64,000 bases of DNA from Bacteroidales bacterium. GTDB lineage: Bacteria > Bacteroidota > Bacteroidia > Bacteroidales > UBA7960. The first letter of the stretch is position 1; each line of letters begins with the position of its first letter. The stretch covers positions 2,815 to 66,814 of the forward strand of contig PWJC01000044.1 of NCBI GenBank assembly GCA_003560165.1, given 5' to 3'. Of this stretch, positions 36,946 to 46,102 are shown piece by piece. A program made the position numbers and the translations under genes. The notes under the pieces were generated by a model that made no database searches, was not told where the DNA came from, and saw only the letters and a list, made by a program, of their open reading frames with translations.

Positions 36946-37602
36946 ATGCCGGCTACCATCAAGCCATATGTCCTCGTCCTTGCCATTTTGGTGCTGGCCT
37001 CCGTCGCCTGCCCGCGGCTGCAGGCAGAAGAGCCTCAGCCACGGAGGGTGATACAGTTCTCGGGGCTGGTGCTTACCGGCGACAGCCTGAAACCCCTGCC
37101 CTACACTTCCATCTGGGTAATGAATACCCGCCGCGGCACCACCACCGATTTTTACGGTTTTTTCTCCCTGCCGGTGTACGAAGACGATACTCTTCGGTTT
37201 AGCTCAGTGGGCTACAGCGATGCCTATTATGCCGTGCCCGACACCCTCAGCCAGTCCAGGTACTCGGCTGTGCAGATGATGACCCGCGACACGATCTACC
37301 TGGCCGAAACCGTCATATACCCCTGGCCCACCCGTGAGCAATTCAGGCATGCCTTCATACATACCGAGGTACCCTCCGATGACTACGACAGGGCCATGCG
37401 CAACCTGGCCCATGCAGAGATGCGCGAACGTTACCGGAAAATGCCCATGGACGGCAGCATGAATTTCAGGCACTACGTCCAGCAACATTCCGACCGGATG
37501 TACTATGCCGGACAGGCCCCGCCCATGAGGCTGTTCGACCCCTTTGCCTGGGCACAGTTCTTTCAGGCATGGCGCGAAGGGCGTTTCCGCCGCAGCGATT
37601 AA
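36946..37602 (+). CDS. carboxypeptidase-regulatory-like domain protein (secreted)
   Basis: 218 aa from ATG 36946. It has a signal peptide (YVLVLAILVLASVA) and a CarboxypepD_reg-like segment (IQFSGLVLTGDSLKPLPYTSIWVMNTRRGTTTDFYGFFSL...DTLRFSSVGY). Confidence 0.6.
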   Translation: MPATIKPYVLVLAILVLASVACPRLQAEEPQPRRVIQFSGLVLTGDSLKPLPYTSIWVMNTRRGTTTDFYGFFSLPVYEDDTLRFSSVGYSDAYYAVPDTLSQSRYSAVQMMTRDTIYLAETVIYPWPTREQFRHAFIHTEVPSDDYDRAMRNLAHAEMRERYRKMPMDGSMNFRHYVQQHSDRMYYAGQAPPMRLFDPFAWAQFFQAWREGRFRRSD

Positions 37603-37702
37603 AGCATACAGGGTACAATATTTTGGCTGCTGAGTTGTTATATTCACAGTTGGTTTGGCATGCAAGCCCGGGCGGGCCATGCTGATGGCTTTCTAACCCA
37701 AT

Positions 37703-40156
37703 GTGTTTCAGGTGATCGCGTTACGGACCTTTCTATTCTTCCTCCTTGTGTTGTCCCTGTCGGGCAGCCTGGCCCGGGAGGCCGTGGTGGAAGGGGTGTT
37801 GCGGGATCCCGGAGGCCAGCCCCTTGAGTTCGTGAACCTGGCCCTTGAAGAAAGCCCGCTCGGCACATCCACCGACCAGGAAGGGTATTTCAGGCTGGAG
37901 GTGCCCTCAGGACAACCCCTCGTGTTGCAGATTACCTACCTGGGGTTCCGTACCGAACGCATCCCCTTGCAGCTGGCGGCGGGCGAAACCCGGTTTCTGG
38001 AGATCACTCTGGAACCCCTTCCCACCCACCTGCCCGATGTGGAGGTGCGGGGCAGGCAGATCCTCAGCACCGACATCACCCGCCTCGATCCCCGGCTGAG
38101 CACTCAATTGCCGGGGCCGGGCGCCGGGGTCGAAGGACTGATCCGGACCCTGCCCGGAGTGATCTCATCCACCGAACTATCCTCTCAATATGCGGTCAGG
38201 GGGGGCAATTACGACGAAAATCTCGTGTATGTGAACGGGATTGAAATCTACAGGCCATTTCTGGTGCGTTCGGGCCAGCAGGAGGGGCTGAGCTTTTTGA
38301 ACCCCGATCTGGTGTCTTCGATCAGCTTTTCGGCCGGAGGATTTAATGCCATGTACGGCGACAAGATGTCGTCGGTGCTCGACATCACCTACCGGAGTCC
38401 GGAATCAACCGCCGGATCGGTTTCCCTGAGCCTGCTCGAGGGGTCCCTCCACCTCGAAGGGATCTCCGGCAACCGGCGTTTTACCTACCTGGCCGGCTTC
38501 AGGTACAAATCAAACCAGTACCTGCTGGGCACCCTCGATACACAGGGCGACTACAGCCCCTCCTTTGCCGATCTGCAGGGATTGCTGACCTACCGCTTTG
38601 GCGACAACCTGAAGCTGAGCCTGCTGGCCAATTACAACAGCAACCGCTACCTGTTCCGTCCGGAGGTCAGGCGGACACGTTTTGGTACCATCACCGACGT
38701 CAGGGAGTTCACCGTGTTTTTCGACGGGCAGGAGGTCAACCACTTCCATACCTCCATGGGGGCCTTGTCGTTGAATTACGATCCCGGCGGTGATTTTTCC
38801 ATGGTGTTAAGCACCAGTATTTTTCAATCGGACGAGAAAGAGCATTTCGACGTTCTGGGGCAATATTGGCTTCACCGGGTAGAAACCGATTTCGGACAGG
38901 ATGATTTCGGACAGCCTACGGGAGAGCCATTGGGGGTGGGCAGTTTTCTGAACCATGCCCGCAACTACCTCAATGCCATCGTGTTGAACGCCTCCCTGAA
39001 AGGGCAATGGCGCAACGACCGTCACAACATCCTTTGGGGGGTAAGCTTTCAGCACGAAGACATCTTTGACCGCCTCAATGAGTGGAGCCTGATCGATTCG
39101 GCGGGCTATGCCCTTCCGCGGCATCCCCTGCACCAGATCCTGTTGCAGGACACCTTGCAGGCCCGCATCGGCCTCATATCGAACAGGCTGAGCGGCTTTG
39201 TTCAAAACACCTGGCAGTTTGAGCGGGGTCACGGACGATTTGACCTGACAGCCGGACTGAGAAGCAACTACTGGGACTTCAACCGACAGTGGCTTGTCAG
39301 CCCCCGCTCCACCATCATGTACAAACCAGGCTGGGCCAGCCAGTGGGCATTCAGGGCCTCTGCCGGGTTTTACCACCAACCCCCGTTTTACCGCGAACTC
39401 AGAGATATGCAGGGGCGGGTCAACGAAGACATCAGGGCACAGCAGTCGATCCACCTGGTGCTTGGTTCGGAGTTCAACTTCACTGCCTGGGAAAGGCCAT
39501 TCAAGTACACGGCCGAGACCTATTATAAATTCCTCGACCATCTGATACCCTATGAGCTCGACAACGTCCGCATCCGTTACTGGGCCGACAACAGCTCCAG
39601 GGGATACGCCACCGGGCTCGACATGAAGCTGCATGGCGAATTTGTGCCCGGCATCGAGTCGTGGGCCAGCCTGTCGGTCATGCAAACCCGCGAAAAGATC
39701 GAAGGAGCCTTCGTCATCGATCCCCAGGGCGAAAAGATGCCGGCAGGCTATGTCCCCCGACCTGCCGATCAGCGGTTCAGTTACAGCATGTTCTTCCAGG
39801 ACTTTCTGCCACGCAATCCCAGCTATCAGGTCCAGCTCGGCTTCTTTTACGGGACAGGGCTTCCCTTTTGGGCTCCCACGGGCGACAGGCAGAAAAATAC
39901 GGGCCGGATGCCCTCCTATCAGCGGGTAGACATCGGCTTTTCGAAGCAACTCATCGGGGAGGCCAGCGAAATCGGAGCAGACAATCCTTGGCGGCATTTC
40001 AGCTCGTTGTGGCTCACCGCGGAGATATTCAACCTCCTGGAGATCAACAACACCATTAGCTACTCGTGGATCAGGGATGTGGAAAACCAATTGTTTGCCA
40101 TTCCGAACTACCTTACATCAAGGTTGATCAATCTGAAACTCATTGCCCGCTTCTAA
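37703..40156 (+). CDS. TonB-dependent receptor with N-terminal CarboxypepD_reg domain
   Basis: 817 aa with a GTG start and a signal peptide. It has a CarboxypepD_reg segment (VVEGVLRD..G.PLEFVN...TDQEGYFRL), a plug region (RGGNYDENLVYVNGIEIY) and a C-terminal aromatic residue (...LIARF). Confidence 0.85.
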   Translation: MFQVIALRTFLFFLLVLSLSGSLAREAVVEGVLRDPGGQPLEFVNLALEESPLGTSTDQEGYFRLEVPSGQPLVLQITYLGFRTERIPLQLAAGETRFLEITLEPLPTHLPDVEVRGRQILSTDITRLDPRLSTQLPGPGAGVEGLIRTLPGVISSTELSSQYAVRGGNYDENLVYVNGIEIYRPFLVRSGQQEGLSFLNPDLVSSISFSAGGFNAMYGDKMSSVLDITYRSPESTAGSVSLSLLEGSLHLEGISGNRRFTYLAGFRYKSNQYLLGTLDTQGDYSPSFADLQGLLTYRFGDNLKLSLLANYNSNRYLFRPEVRRTRFGTITDVREFTVFFDGQEVNHFHTSMGALSLNYDPGGDFSMVLSTSIFQSDEKEHFDVLGQYWLHRVETDFGQDDFGQPTGEPLGVGSFLNHARNYLNAIVLNASLKGQWRNDRHNILWGVSFQHEDIFDRLNEWSLIDSAGYALPRHPLHQILLQDTLQARIGLISNRLSGFVQNTWQFERGHGRFDLTAGLRSNYWDFNRQWLVSPRSTIMYKPGWASQWAFRASAGFYHQPPFYRELRDMQGRVNEDIRAQQSIHLVLGSEFNFTAWERPFKYTAETYYKFLDHLIPYELDNVRIRYWADNSSRGYATGLDMKLHGEFVPGIESWASLSVMQTREKIEGAFVIDPQGEKMPAGYVPRPADQRFSYSMFFQDFLPRNPSYQVQLGFFYGTGLPFWAPTGDRQKNTGRMPSYQRVDIGFSKQLIGEASEIGADNPWRHFSSLWLTAEIFNLLEINNTISYSWIRDVENQLFAIPNYLTSRLINLKLIARF

Positions 40157-40322
40157 GCCCCCTGCCTTTTTGTCATTTTCATGACATTCCGGAAGCTGTG
40201 CCTGCGCAAACCCGTGCCATAATTTCGCAAAACCTGACTGGCAGAGGTATTGGCATAATCATTGGGAAGAGATGGGTGAGATATGTCAGAGAGCGAAATA
40301 ATCATCAAAAAACATACACAAA

Positions 40323-42233
40323 ATGAGTAAAATAATAGGGATTGACCTAGGAACGACCAACTCTTGCGTAGCGGTCATGGAGGGCAACGAACCCGTTGTA
40401 ATCCCCAACAGCGAAGGACGGCGCACCACCCCTTCCATTGTGGCCTTTACCGAAGGCGGAGAGCGAAAGGTGGGTGATCCGGCCAAACGCCAGGCCATCA
40501 TCAACCCGGTAAATACCATCTATTCCATCAAACGCTTCATGGGTGAAACCTATGACACCGCGAAAAAGGAAAGGGAACGCGTTACCTATCAGATTGAAAA
40601 GGGAGAGAACAATACCCCGAGGGTAAAAATTGACGAGCGAAATTACACCCCCCAGGAAATTTCGGCCATGGTACTTCAGAAAATGAAGAAAACAGCCGAA
40701 GACTACCTTGGGCAGGAAGTCAATGAGGCAGTAATTACAGTACCTGCCTATTTCAATGACTCACAGCGCCAGGCAACCAAGGAGGCCGGTGAGATTGCCG
40801 GGCTTAAGGTACGCCGCATCATCAACGAGCCGACGGCCGCCTCCCTGGCTTACGGACTGGACAAAAAAGACAAGGACATCCGTATTGCCGTATTCGACCT
40901 TGGCGGAGGCACCTTCGACATCTCCATCCTGGAGCTTGGCGAAGGGGTGTTTGAGGTAAAATCGACCAATGGCGACACACACCTGGGCGGCGACGATTTC
41001 GACGATGTGGTCATCAACTGGCTTGCCGAAGAGTTCAAAAAAGATGAGGGGATCGACCTCCGAAAAGACCCCATGGCCCTGCAGCGCCTGAAAGAGGCCG
41101 CAGAAAAGGCCAAGGTGGAACTCTCGAGCGCCACATCGACCGAGATCAACCTGCCCTACATCATGCCGGTCGATGGCATTCCGAAGCACCTGGTGCGGAC
41201 ACTGTCGCGCAGCCATTTTGAGAAACTTAGCGACAAGTTGATCCAGGCCACCCTGGAACCCTGCAAGATCGCATTGAAAGAAGCAGGGGTGCAGGCCTCA
41301 GACATCGACGAGGTCATTCTGGTGGGAGGATCCACACGGATACCGGCCATCCAGGAGGTAGTGGAAAAGTTTTTCGGGAAAAAGCCCTCCAGGGGAGTGA
41401 ACCCCGACGAGGTGGTGGCCGTTGGAGCTGCTATCCAGGGCGGAGTACTTACCGGAGAGATCAAGGATGTGCTGCTGCTCGATGTTACCCCGCTTTCGCT
41501 GGGTATCGAAACCCTGGGCGGAGTGATGACCCGGCTGATCGAAGCCAACACCACCATCCCCACCAAGAAGACGGAAACATTTTCCACGGCAGCCGACAGT
41601 CAAACCTCTGTGGAGATCCACATCCTGCAGGGCGAACGCCCCATGGCCAGGGACAACCGGACCATCGGCCGCTTCCATCTCGACGGGATACCGCCGGCAC
41701 CCAGGGGCATTCCGCAGGTCGAGGTGACCTTTGACATCGATGCCAACGGCATCCTCAATGTGTCGGCCAAAGACAAGGCTTCCGGCAAATCGCAGAATAT
41801 CCGCATCGAAGCCTCCTCGGGCCTGAGTGAGGAAGAGATCAAAAAAATGAAGGCCGAAGCCGAGGCCAATGCGGAAAGCGACAAGAAGAAGAAAGAGGAG
41901 ATCGACAAGCTCAACGCGGCCGACAGCCTGATCTTCCAGACCGAAAAACAACTCAAGGAGTTTGGCGAAAAACTTCCGGAAGACAAGAAGGGCCCCATTG
42001 AAAAGACCCTGGAAGAACTGAAGGAGGCCCACAAGAACAAAGACCTGGCTGGCATAGATGTTGCGATGGAAACCCTGAATAATACCTGGCAGGCCGCCAG
42101 CACCGAAATGTACAAAAACGCCCAGGAAGGCCAGCAGCAAGAAAGTCAGGAGAAGAAACAGGACCAGGGCGAACAGAAAAAAAAGGAGGATGACGATGAC
42201 GTGACCGACGTGGATTTTGAAGAAGTGAAATAA
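40323..42233 (+). CDS. dnaK: molecular chaperone DnaK (Hsp70)
   Basis: 636 aa with [23 protein letters not shown] and [14 protein letters not shown]. It is full-length Hsp70. Confidence 0.98.
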   Translation: MSKIIGIDLGTTNSCVAVMEGNEPVVIPNSEGRRTTPSIVAFTEGGERKVGDPAKRQAIINPVNTIYSIKRFMGETYDTAKKERERVTYQIEKGENNTPRVKIDERNYTPQEISAMVLQKMKKTAEDYLGQEVNEAVITVPAYFNDSQRQATKEAGEIAGLKVRRIINEPTAASLAYGLDKKDKDIRIAVFDLGGGTFDISILELGEGVFEVKSTNGDTHLGGDDFDDVVINWLAEEFKKDEGIDLRKDPMALQRLKEAAEKAKVELSSATSTEINLPYIMPVDGIPKHLVRTLSRSHFEKLSDKLIQATLEPCKIALKEAGVQASDIDEVILVGGSTRIPAIQEVVEKFFGKKPSRGVNPDEVVAVGAAIQGGVLTGEIKDVLLLDVTPLSLGIETLGGVMTRLIEANTTIPTKKTETFSTAADSQTSVEIHILQGERPMARDNRTIGRFHLDGIPPAPRGIPQVEVTFDIDANGILNVSAKDKASGKSQNIRIEASSGLSEEEIKKMKAEAEANAESDKKKKEEIDKLNAADSLIFQTEKQLKEFGEKLPEDKKGPIEKTLEELKEAHKNKDLAGIDVAMETLNNTWQAASTEMYKNAQEGQQQESQEKKQDQGEQKKKEDDDDVTDVDFEEVK

Positions 42234-42257
42234 GTGCCGGACATCGTTTCCCTGAAT

Positions 42258-42296
42258 AAAAAAAAGCTGCTCCCCTTGTGAGAGCAGCTTTTTTTT
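42258..42296. terminator. bidirectional intrinsic terminator between dnaK and tpx
   Basis: A8-GCTGCTC ... GAGCAGC-T8 forms a 7-bp GC core extended by A/T pairing with a 9-nt loop, lying between convergent genes. Confidence 0.85.
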
Positions 42297-42308
42297 ATGC
42301 CGCAGGCC

Positions 42309-42821
42309 TCAGGACACCTCCCTTGCCACAGCCATGACACTGTCGTAATCGGGATGCGACCCGATTTCTGACACCACCTCCAGGTACCGGATCACGTCGT
42401 GGCTGTCGATGACCACAACGGCACGGGCCAGCATACCGAGCTCCTCGACAAGCAATCCGTATTTCACACCAAAGTCCCTGTCTCTGTTGTCCGAAAGCAT
42501 CAACTGCCTTTCAATCTGTTCCGTGGCACAGAAACGCTTCAGGGCAAAGGGAAGGTCGCAGGAAATGGTAAGCAGCCTGGTATTTTCCAGTTTGGAAATT
42601 TCCAGGTTGAACCTGCGGGTCTGCTGGGCACACACATCGGTGTCGACACTGGTGATCGACGAGATGATGCGGACTTTTCCCCGGAAGTCGCTCAGGCTTA
42701 CCGTATTCAAGGCAGTATCCATGGCAAAGAAATTCTTTGCAGGTTGCCCGGGCCTGATCAGTTTGCCCATGAGTGTAACCGGTTTGCCACCAAAAGTAAC
42801 CAGTCCGGTATTGCGTTTCAT
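42309..42821 (-). CDS. tpx: thiol peroxidase
   Basis: 170 aa. The SVDTDVCAQQTRRFN peroxidatic-Cys region and SCDLPFALKRFC are Tpx hallmarks. Confidence 0.9.
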   Translation of the reverse strand: MKRNTGLVTFGGKPVTLMGKLIRPGQPAKNFFAMDTALNTVSLSDFRGKVRIISSITSVDTDVCAQQTRRFNLEISKLENTRLLTISCDLPFALKRFCATEQIERQLMLSDNRDRDFGVKYGLLVEELGMLARAVVVIDSHDVIRYLEVVSEIGSHPDYDSVMAVAREVS

Positions 42822-42882
42822 ATATTCGTCGCTTTATATTTCTTGGAACCGAAGGAAAAAAAGAAAATAGAAAATAGAAGGT

Positions 42883-42973
42883 GGCTTTTGGCTTTTGGCT
42901 TTTGGCTTTTGGCTTTTGGCTTTTGGCTTTTGGCTTTTGGCTGTTGGCTTTTGGCTGTTGGGTTTTGGCTTTT
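42883..42973. repeat. heptanucleotide tandem array (GGCTTTT) x13
   Basis: Counted by hand: 10 perfect GGCTTTT units plus GGCTGTT x2 and GGGTTTT x1, contiguous. Two copies of GAAAATA sit just upstream at 42863-42876. Confidence 0.95.
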
Positions 42974-42996
42974 TAAACTTTTCAACTTTCTTCTTC

Positions 42997-43077
42997 CTAC
43001 CTACTACCTACTACCTACTACCTACTAGCTACTACCTACTACCTACTACCTACTACCTACTACCTACTACCTACTAT
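42997..43077. repeat. heptanucleotide tandem array (CTACTAC) x11 plus a partial unit
   Basis: Counted by hand: 9 perfect CTACTAC units plus CTACTAG and CTACTAT from 43001, with a leading partial CTAC. It is separated from the first array by a 23-nt T-rich spacer. Confidence 0.95.
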
Positions 43078-43096
43078 CTTCCGCCAATACACCACG

Positions 43097-43122
43097 ACCT
43101 GCCACAAAGTCGGCCGGCAGGT
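43097..43122 (-). terminator. stem-loop downstream of the DUF2148 gene (possible terminator)
   Basis: ACCTGCC(43097-43103) pairs with GGCAGGT(43116-43122), a 7-bp stem with a 12-nt loop and no U-tract. Confidence 0.3.
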
Positions 43123-43209
43123 TCTGAAATGGAACAAGCCTGAAAGAGAATTGTTTTGGGACCGGGGCAAAAAAACGCTGCTCCGGGGGGAAAGGAGGCA
43201 GGAAACGAC

Positions 43210-43749
43210 CTATTTGCGGTCGAAGAAGGGGTTTTTGGAGGTGGCGCTTACCGGGACCCCATAAACGATACGGTACTCCTGCTCCAAAAAGCCAAGCTGC
43301 CGGGCAGCCATGCCCGCGGTGTACATGATGCGGTTGTCGATGCGGGCATCCATGGCCACGCTCACGGCCGAACCGATGGCAATGCCCAGATCGCCGGTGT
43401 TGAACACACAGGGGATATCGGGATGACGGTCTTTTTCGCCGCAATTTGGGAAACCGCACAAACCACAGGTTTTCAGGCCAAGCGATTGGATGCGGGTGCC
43501 CATCAGCAGCACCGCTTCGGCCGAATTGAGCACATTGCCGGCATCCCGCAAAAAGATGCGGTTGTTTTGCTGTTCCCCGATCTCCTTCATGGTGGCCGCA
43601 AGCCGCTGAATGTCGCTGCCGGTGATGATCGACATGGACAGATGATCCACGCCCCTGGCTTTCGGGGCGGTACGCGCAGCCAGGACCATATTCTTTACCA
43701 CCTGCAGCAGGGCCTGGTGCCGCAGTTCTTGTTCGTTGATGATGGCCAT
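43210..43749 (-). CDS. DUF2148 family protein (ferredoxin-like Cys cluster)
   Basis: 179 aa from ATG 43749 (MAIINEQELRHQALLQV...). The Cys cluster KTCGLCGFPNCGE...PCVF and the overall pattern match my recollection of DUF2148/COG4739. Confidence 0.65.
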   Translation of the reverse strand: MAIINEQELRHQALLQVVKNMVLAARTAPKARGVDHLSMSIITGSDIQRLAATMKEIGEQQNNRIFLRDAGNVLNSAEAVLLMGTRIQSLGLKTCGLCGFPNCGEKDRHPDIPCVFNTGDLGIAIGSAVSVAMDARIDNRIMYTAGMAARQLGFLEQEYRIVYGVPVSATSKNPFFDRK

Positions 43750-43824
43750 AAGAAAGGGGTGTTCGTACAGGATTCGACCCGGTGAACAATGGCCCGGCCG
43801 GAGTTCCGGCCGGGCCACCCTGAT

Positions 43825-44724
43825 TCACGACAGATCGGTGAATTTTGCGATGCTTTCGATAAAGGCGAGGGGAACGGCTTCCTCCTCCAAAGTTGTCTCT
43901 CCCCCGGAAACCAGCAACTCAACGTTGTTCCTGTTGCCCTTGATAGTTAAGGGGGGATAGGCATCGCTGCGGTGCAGCAGCATGAGCACATCGGAGTTCT
44001 CCGACAGGAAGGCGGGCAACGACTTCAGCGAGGGACGGTCGCCCGCCCGGTAGCCCTGCTCGTGTCCGGCCGTTTGTGAAAACAACACCACGGGGAGCAT
44101 CAGTTCCATGGCAATGGATTTGATCGATTGCATGATGGAAGCCAGCTGGGTTTGCCGGTCGGCCCCATCCTGCCCCCCGGTGCCGAGCAGTTCGAGATAA
44201 TCCACAATGATCAGGTCCACCCCCTGGGTTTGCTGAAGCTGCCTGGCCTTTGCCGACAATGCCCCGGCTGTCAGCGAGGGGGTGTCGTCGATAAAGATCC
44301 TGGCCTTGGCAATATTGCTCAGCAGCGACAGCATATGGTCGCGTTCGCTGGCCTTGAAGTTCTGGGCCTGAAGCTTGTGCACCGACATCCCGGTTTCGCT
44401 TTCGATGATGCGCTTGGTCATTTTGATGTTGGAGCGTTCGGACGAAAATATGGCCACCGCCTCGTTGTTCTTGATGGCCATGTTGTTGGCAAGCGACAAT
44501 AAAAAAGCGGTTTTCCCCATGCCTGGCTTGACCGCGATCGTGTACAAACGCCCTTTCTGAAATCCGCCCGTGGCTTTGTCCAGTTCACGAAAACCGGATG
44601 AAACGCCATCAGGGATTGTTCTTGTTCCGAAGTCCTGGTTGAGGGTTTGGTTTACCAGATCCCGGATTCTTGTAAACGCAAACACCTCTGGCTGCTCTGT
44701 GACGTCTAAGGTGTTTGGATCCAT
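43825..44724 (-). CDS. DnaB helicase C-terminal-domain-only paralogue
   Basis: 299 aa that aligns by eye to the RecA-like half of the DnaB at 25863-27395: FRELDKATGGFQKG.LYTIAVKPGMGKTAFLLSLANNMA, LIIVDYLELL and the C-terminal IAKFTD. It lacks the ~190-aa N-terminal domain. Confidence 0.75.
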   Translation of the reverse strand: MDPNTLDVTEQPEVFAFTRIRDLVNQTLNQDFGTRTIPDGVSSGFRELDKATGGFQKGRLYTIAVKPGMGKTAFLLSLANNMAIKNNEAVAIFSSERSNIKMTKRIIESETGMSVHKLQAQNFKASERDHMLSLLSNIAKARIFIDDTPSLTAGALSAKARQLQQTQGVDLIIVDYLELLGTGGQDGADRQTQLASIMQSIKSIAMELMLPVVLFSQTAGHEQGYRAGDRPSLKSLPAFLSENSDVLMLLHRSDAYPPLTIKGNRNNVELLVSGGETTLEEEAVPLAFIESIAKFTDLS

Positions 44725-44918
44725 AATGTGTATATTTTGTGATTGAATCTGTTGGTTGCTGGGTATTGCTTTTGCAGTTTGCCAATATACGGATTTTTTT
44801 CAGAAAACCCGTTGAACTTTTTGCTGCCTCCGGGGTTCAACATGAGGGAATGTTTAGGTTTTTTCCTGATATTCTTCATCAAAAAAACCTTCTTCCCAAA
44901 ACCCTCACACCATTCACT

Positions 44919-45797
44919 ATGCGATACTCCATCAATGATCTTGAGAAACTTACCGGCATAAAGGCCCACACCCTGAGGATCTGGGAGAAGCGCTACGCGA
45001 TCATCAGCCCCCGGCGCACCGATACCAACATCAGGTACTACGACAACGAAGACCTGAAGCAGCTGTTAAACATCTCCACCTTGAACCGGCATGGGTTCAA
45101 GATCTCACGCATCGCAAAGATGAGCGGTGAAGAGATCAGGGACAAGGTCATGGAGATCTCCGCCTCATCGGCCGACTACGACAGCCAGATCAACAAACTG
45201 GTGGTGGCCATGATCGATCTCAACGAAGCGGGTTTTGAACAAACCCTTGGGAATTCCATTCTGAAGATCGGTTTTGAAAAGACCGTCACCCATGTATTGT
45301 ATCCGCTTTTGGAGAAGATCGGGATATTGTGGCAGATCGGCACCATCAATCCGGCCCAGGAACACTTCCTCACCAACCTGATCAGACAGAAAATGATCAT
45401 TGCCATCGACGGACAGCAGCAGACCACCTCTGAAAAGGCAAAAACTTTTCTTTTGTTCCTGCCCGAAAACGAACTACACGAACTCGGACTGTTGTTTTAC
45501 CATTACCTGATTAAAAAGAACGGATTCAAGTCCATTTACCTGGGGCAGTCGGTCCCTTTCAACGACCTGGTGGAAGTGACCCGGATCCGTCATGCAGATT
45601 ACCTGTTTACCTATTTTGTGGCGGCAATGAACCACAAACAGGCAGCCCGGTACATCGAACAGCTTTCAGCGGCTTTTCCAAAAAAAACAATCTTTGTTAC
45701 CGGCCTGCAGCTGCAGGACAGCGCTGAGGGCCTGCCAGCCAATGCGGTCCTGGTAAAAAATGCAGAAGAGTTTAAACAGCAGCTGAACATAGGCTGA
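44919..45797 (+). CDS. MerR family regulator with CarH/LitR-type cobalamin-binding domain
   Basis: 292 aa from ATG 44919. It has a MerR HTH (YSINDLEKLTGIKAHTLRIWEKRYAII.PRRTDTNIRYY), a Wx9EH motif (WQIGTINPAQEH) and an ExHxxG motif (ELHELG), followed by a Rossmann-like segment. Confidence 0.75.
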   Translation: MRYSINDLEKLTGIKAHTLRIWEKRYAIISPRRTDTNIRYYDNEDLKQLLNISTLNRHGFKISRIAKMSGEEIRDKVMEISASSADYDSQINKLVVAMIDLNEAGFEQTLGNSILKIGFEKTVTHVLYPLLEKIGILWQIGTINPAQEHFLTNLIRQKMIIAIDGQQQTTSEKAKTFLLFLPENELHELGLLFYHYLIKKNGFKSIYLGQSVPFNDLVEVTRIRHADYLFTYFVAAMNHKQAARYIEQLSAAFPKKTIFVTGLQLQDSAEGLPANAVLVKNAEEFKQQLNIG

Positions 45798-45930
45798 ACC
45801 CTCCACACCCCAAACTATTTCTGTCTTCCTTTTTCAGCCATTGGTTAGTGGCTGCTGCTGCTTTGTTAGAAAACCCTGAATATTTCTGTTTTCCGAACAG
45901 GTGATTAACATATTTTTAGTTAAGTTAATT

Positions 45931-45979
45931 TGCATTGATGCATTTTAATGCTTATTTTTATATTGCAAATGGCATCAAT
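45931..45979. promoter_or_regulatory. nested ATGC/GCAT palindromes in an AT-rich island (candidate operator)
   Basis: TGCATtgATGCA (45931-45942) overlaps GCATtttaATGC (45940-45951). ATTGATGC (45934-45941) is inverted as GCATCAAT (45972-45979). Confidence 0.25.
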
Positions 45980-46057
45980 AAGCACACAAAACAACATTAT
46001 TGCTAAACTAAAATTGTTAAAAAATATTAAATGCCTTGTTTTTTTAATTTTTATGTT

Positions 46058-46065
46058 TAACTTTG
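46058..46065 (+). promoter_or_regulatory. candidate -7 promoter box for the ECF sigma factor gene
   Basis: TAACTTTG is an exact TAnnTTTG match, 37 nt upstream of ATG 46103. Confidence 0.45.
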
Positions 46066-46102
46066 AGCAATGCTTGGTTAAACACTTAAACCCATCATCG
46101 CC

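Noticed and set aside
37603-37702. Cobalamin or other riboswitch upstream of the TonB-dependent receptor.
   Set aside because: The gap is 100 nt and contains only a short GC palindrome. No B12-box-like element was recognised.
42883-43077. Possible CRISPR array.
   Set aside because: The units are 7 nt and contiguous with no spacers, and no cas genes are present. These are simple tandem repeats, not a CRISPR array.
42399-43143. ORFs translating the heptamer arrays (WLLAFGFWLLAFGF..., LPTTYYLLPTTYY...).
   Set aside because: These are pure artefacts of translating 7-nt tandem repeats. The period is not a multiple of 3, so all three frames cycle, and the ORFs use TTG starts inside the repeat.
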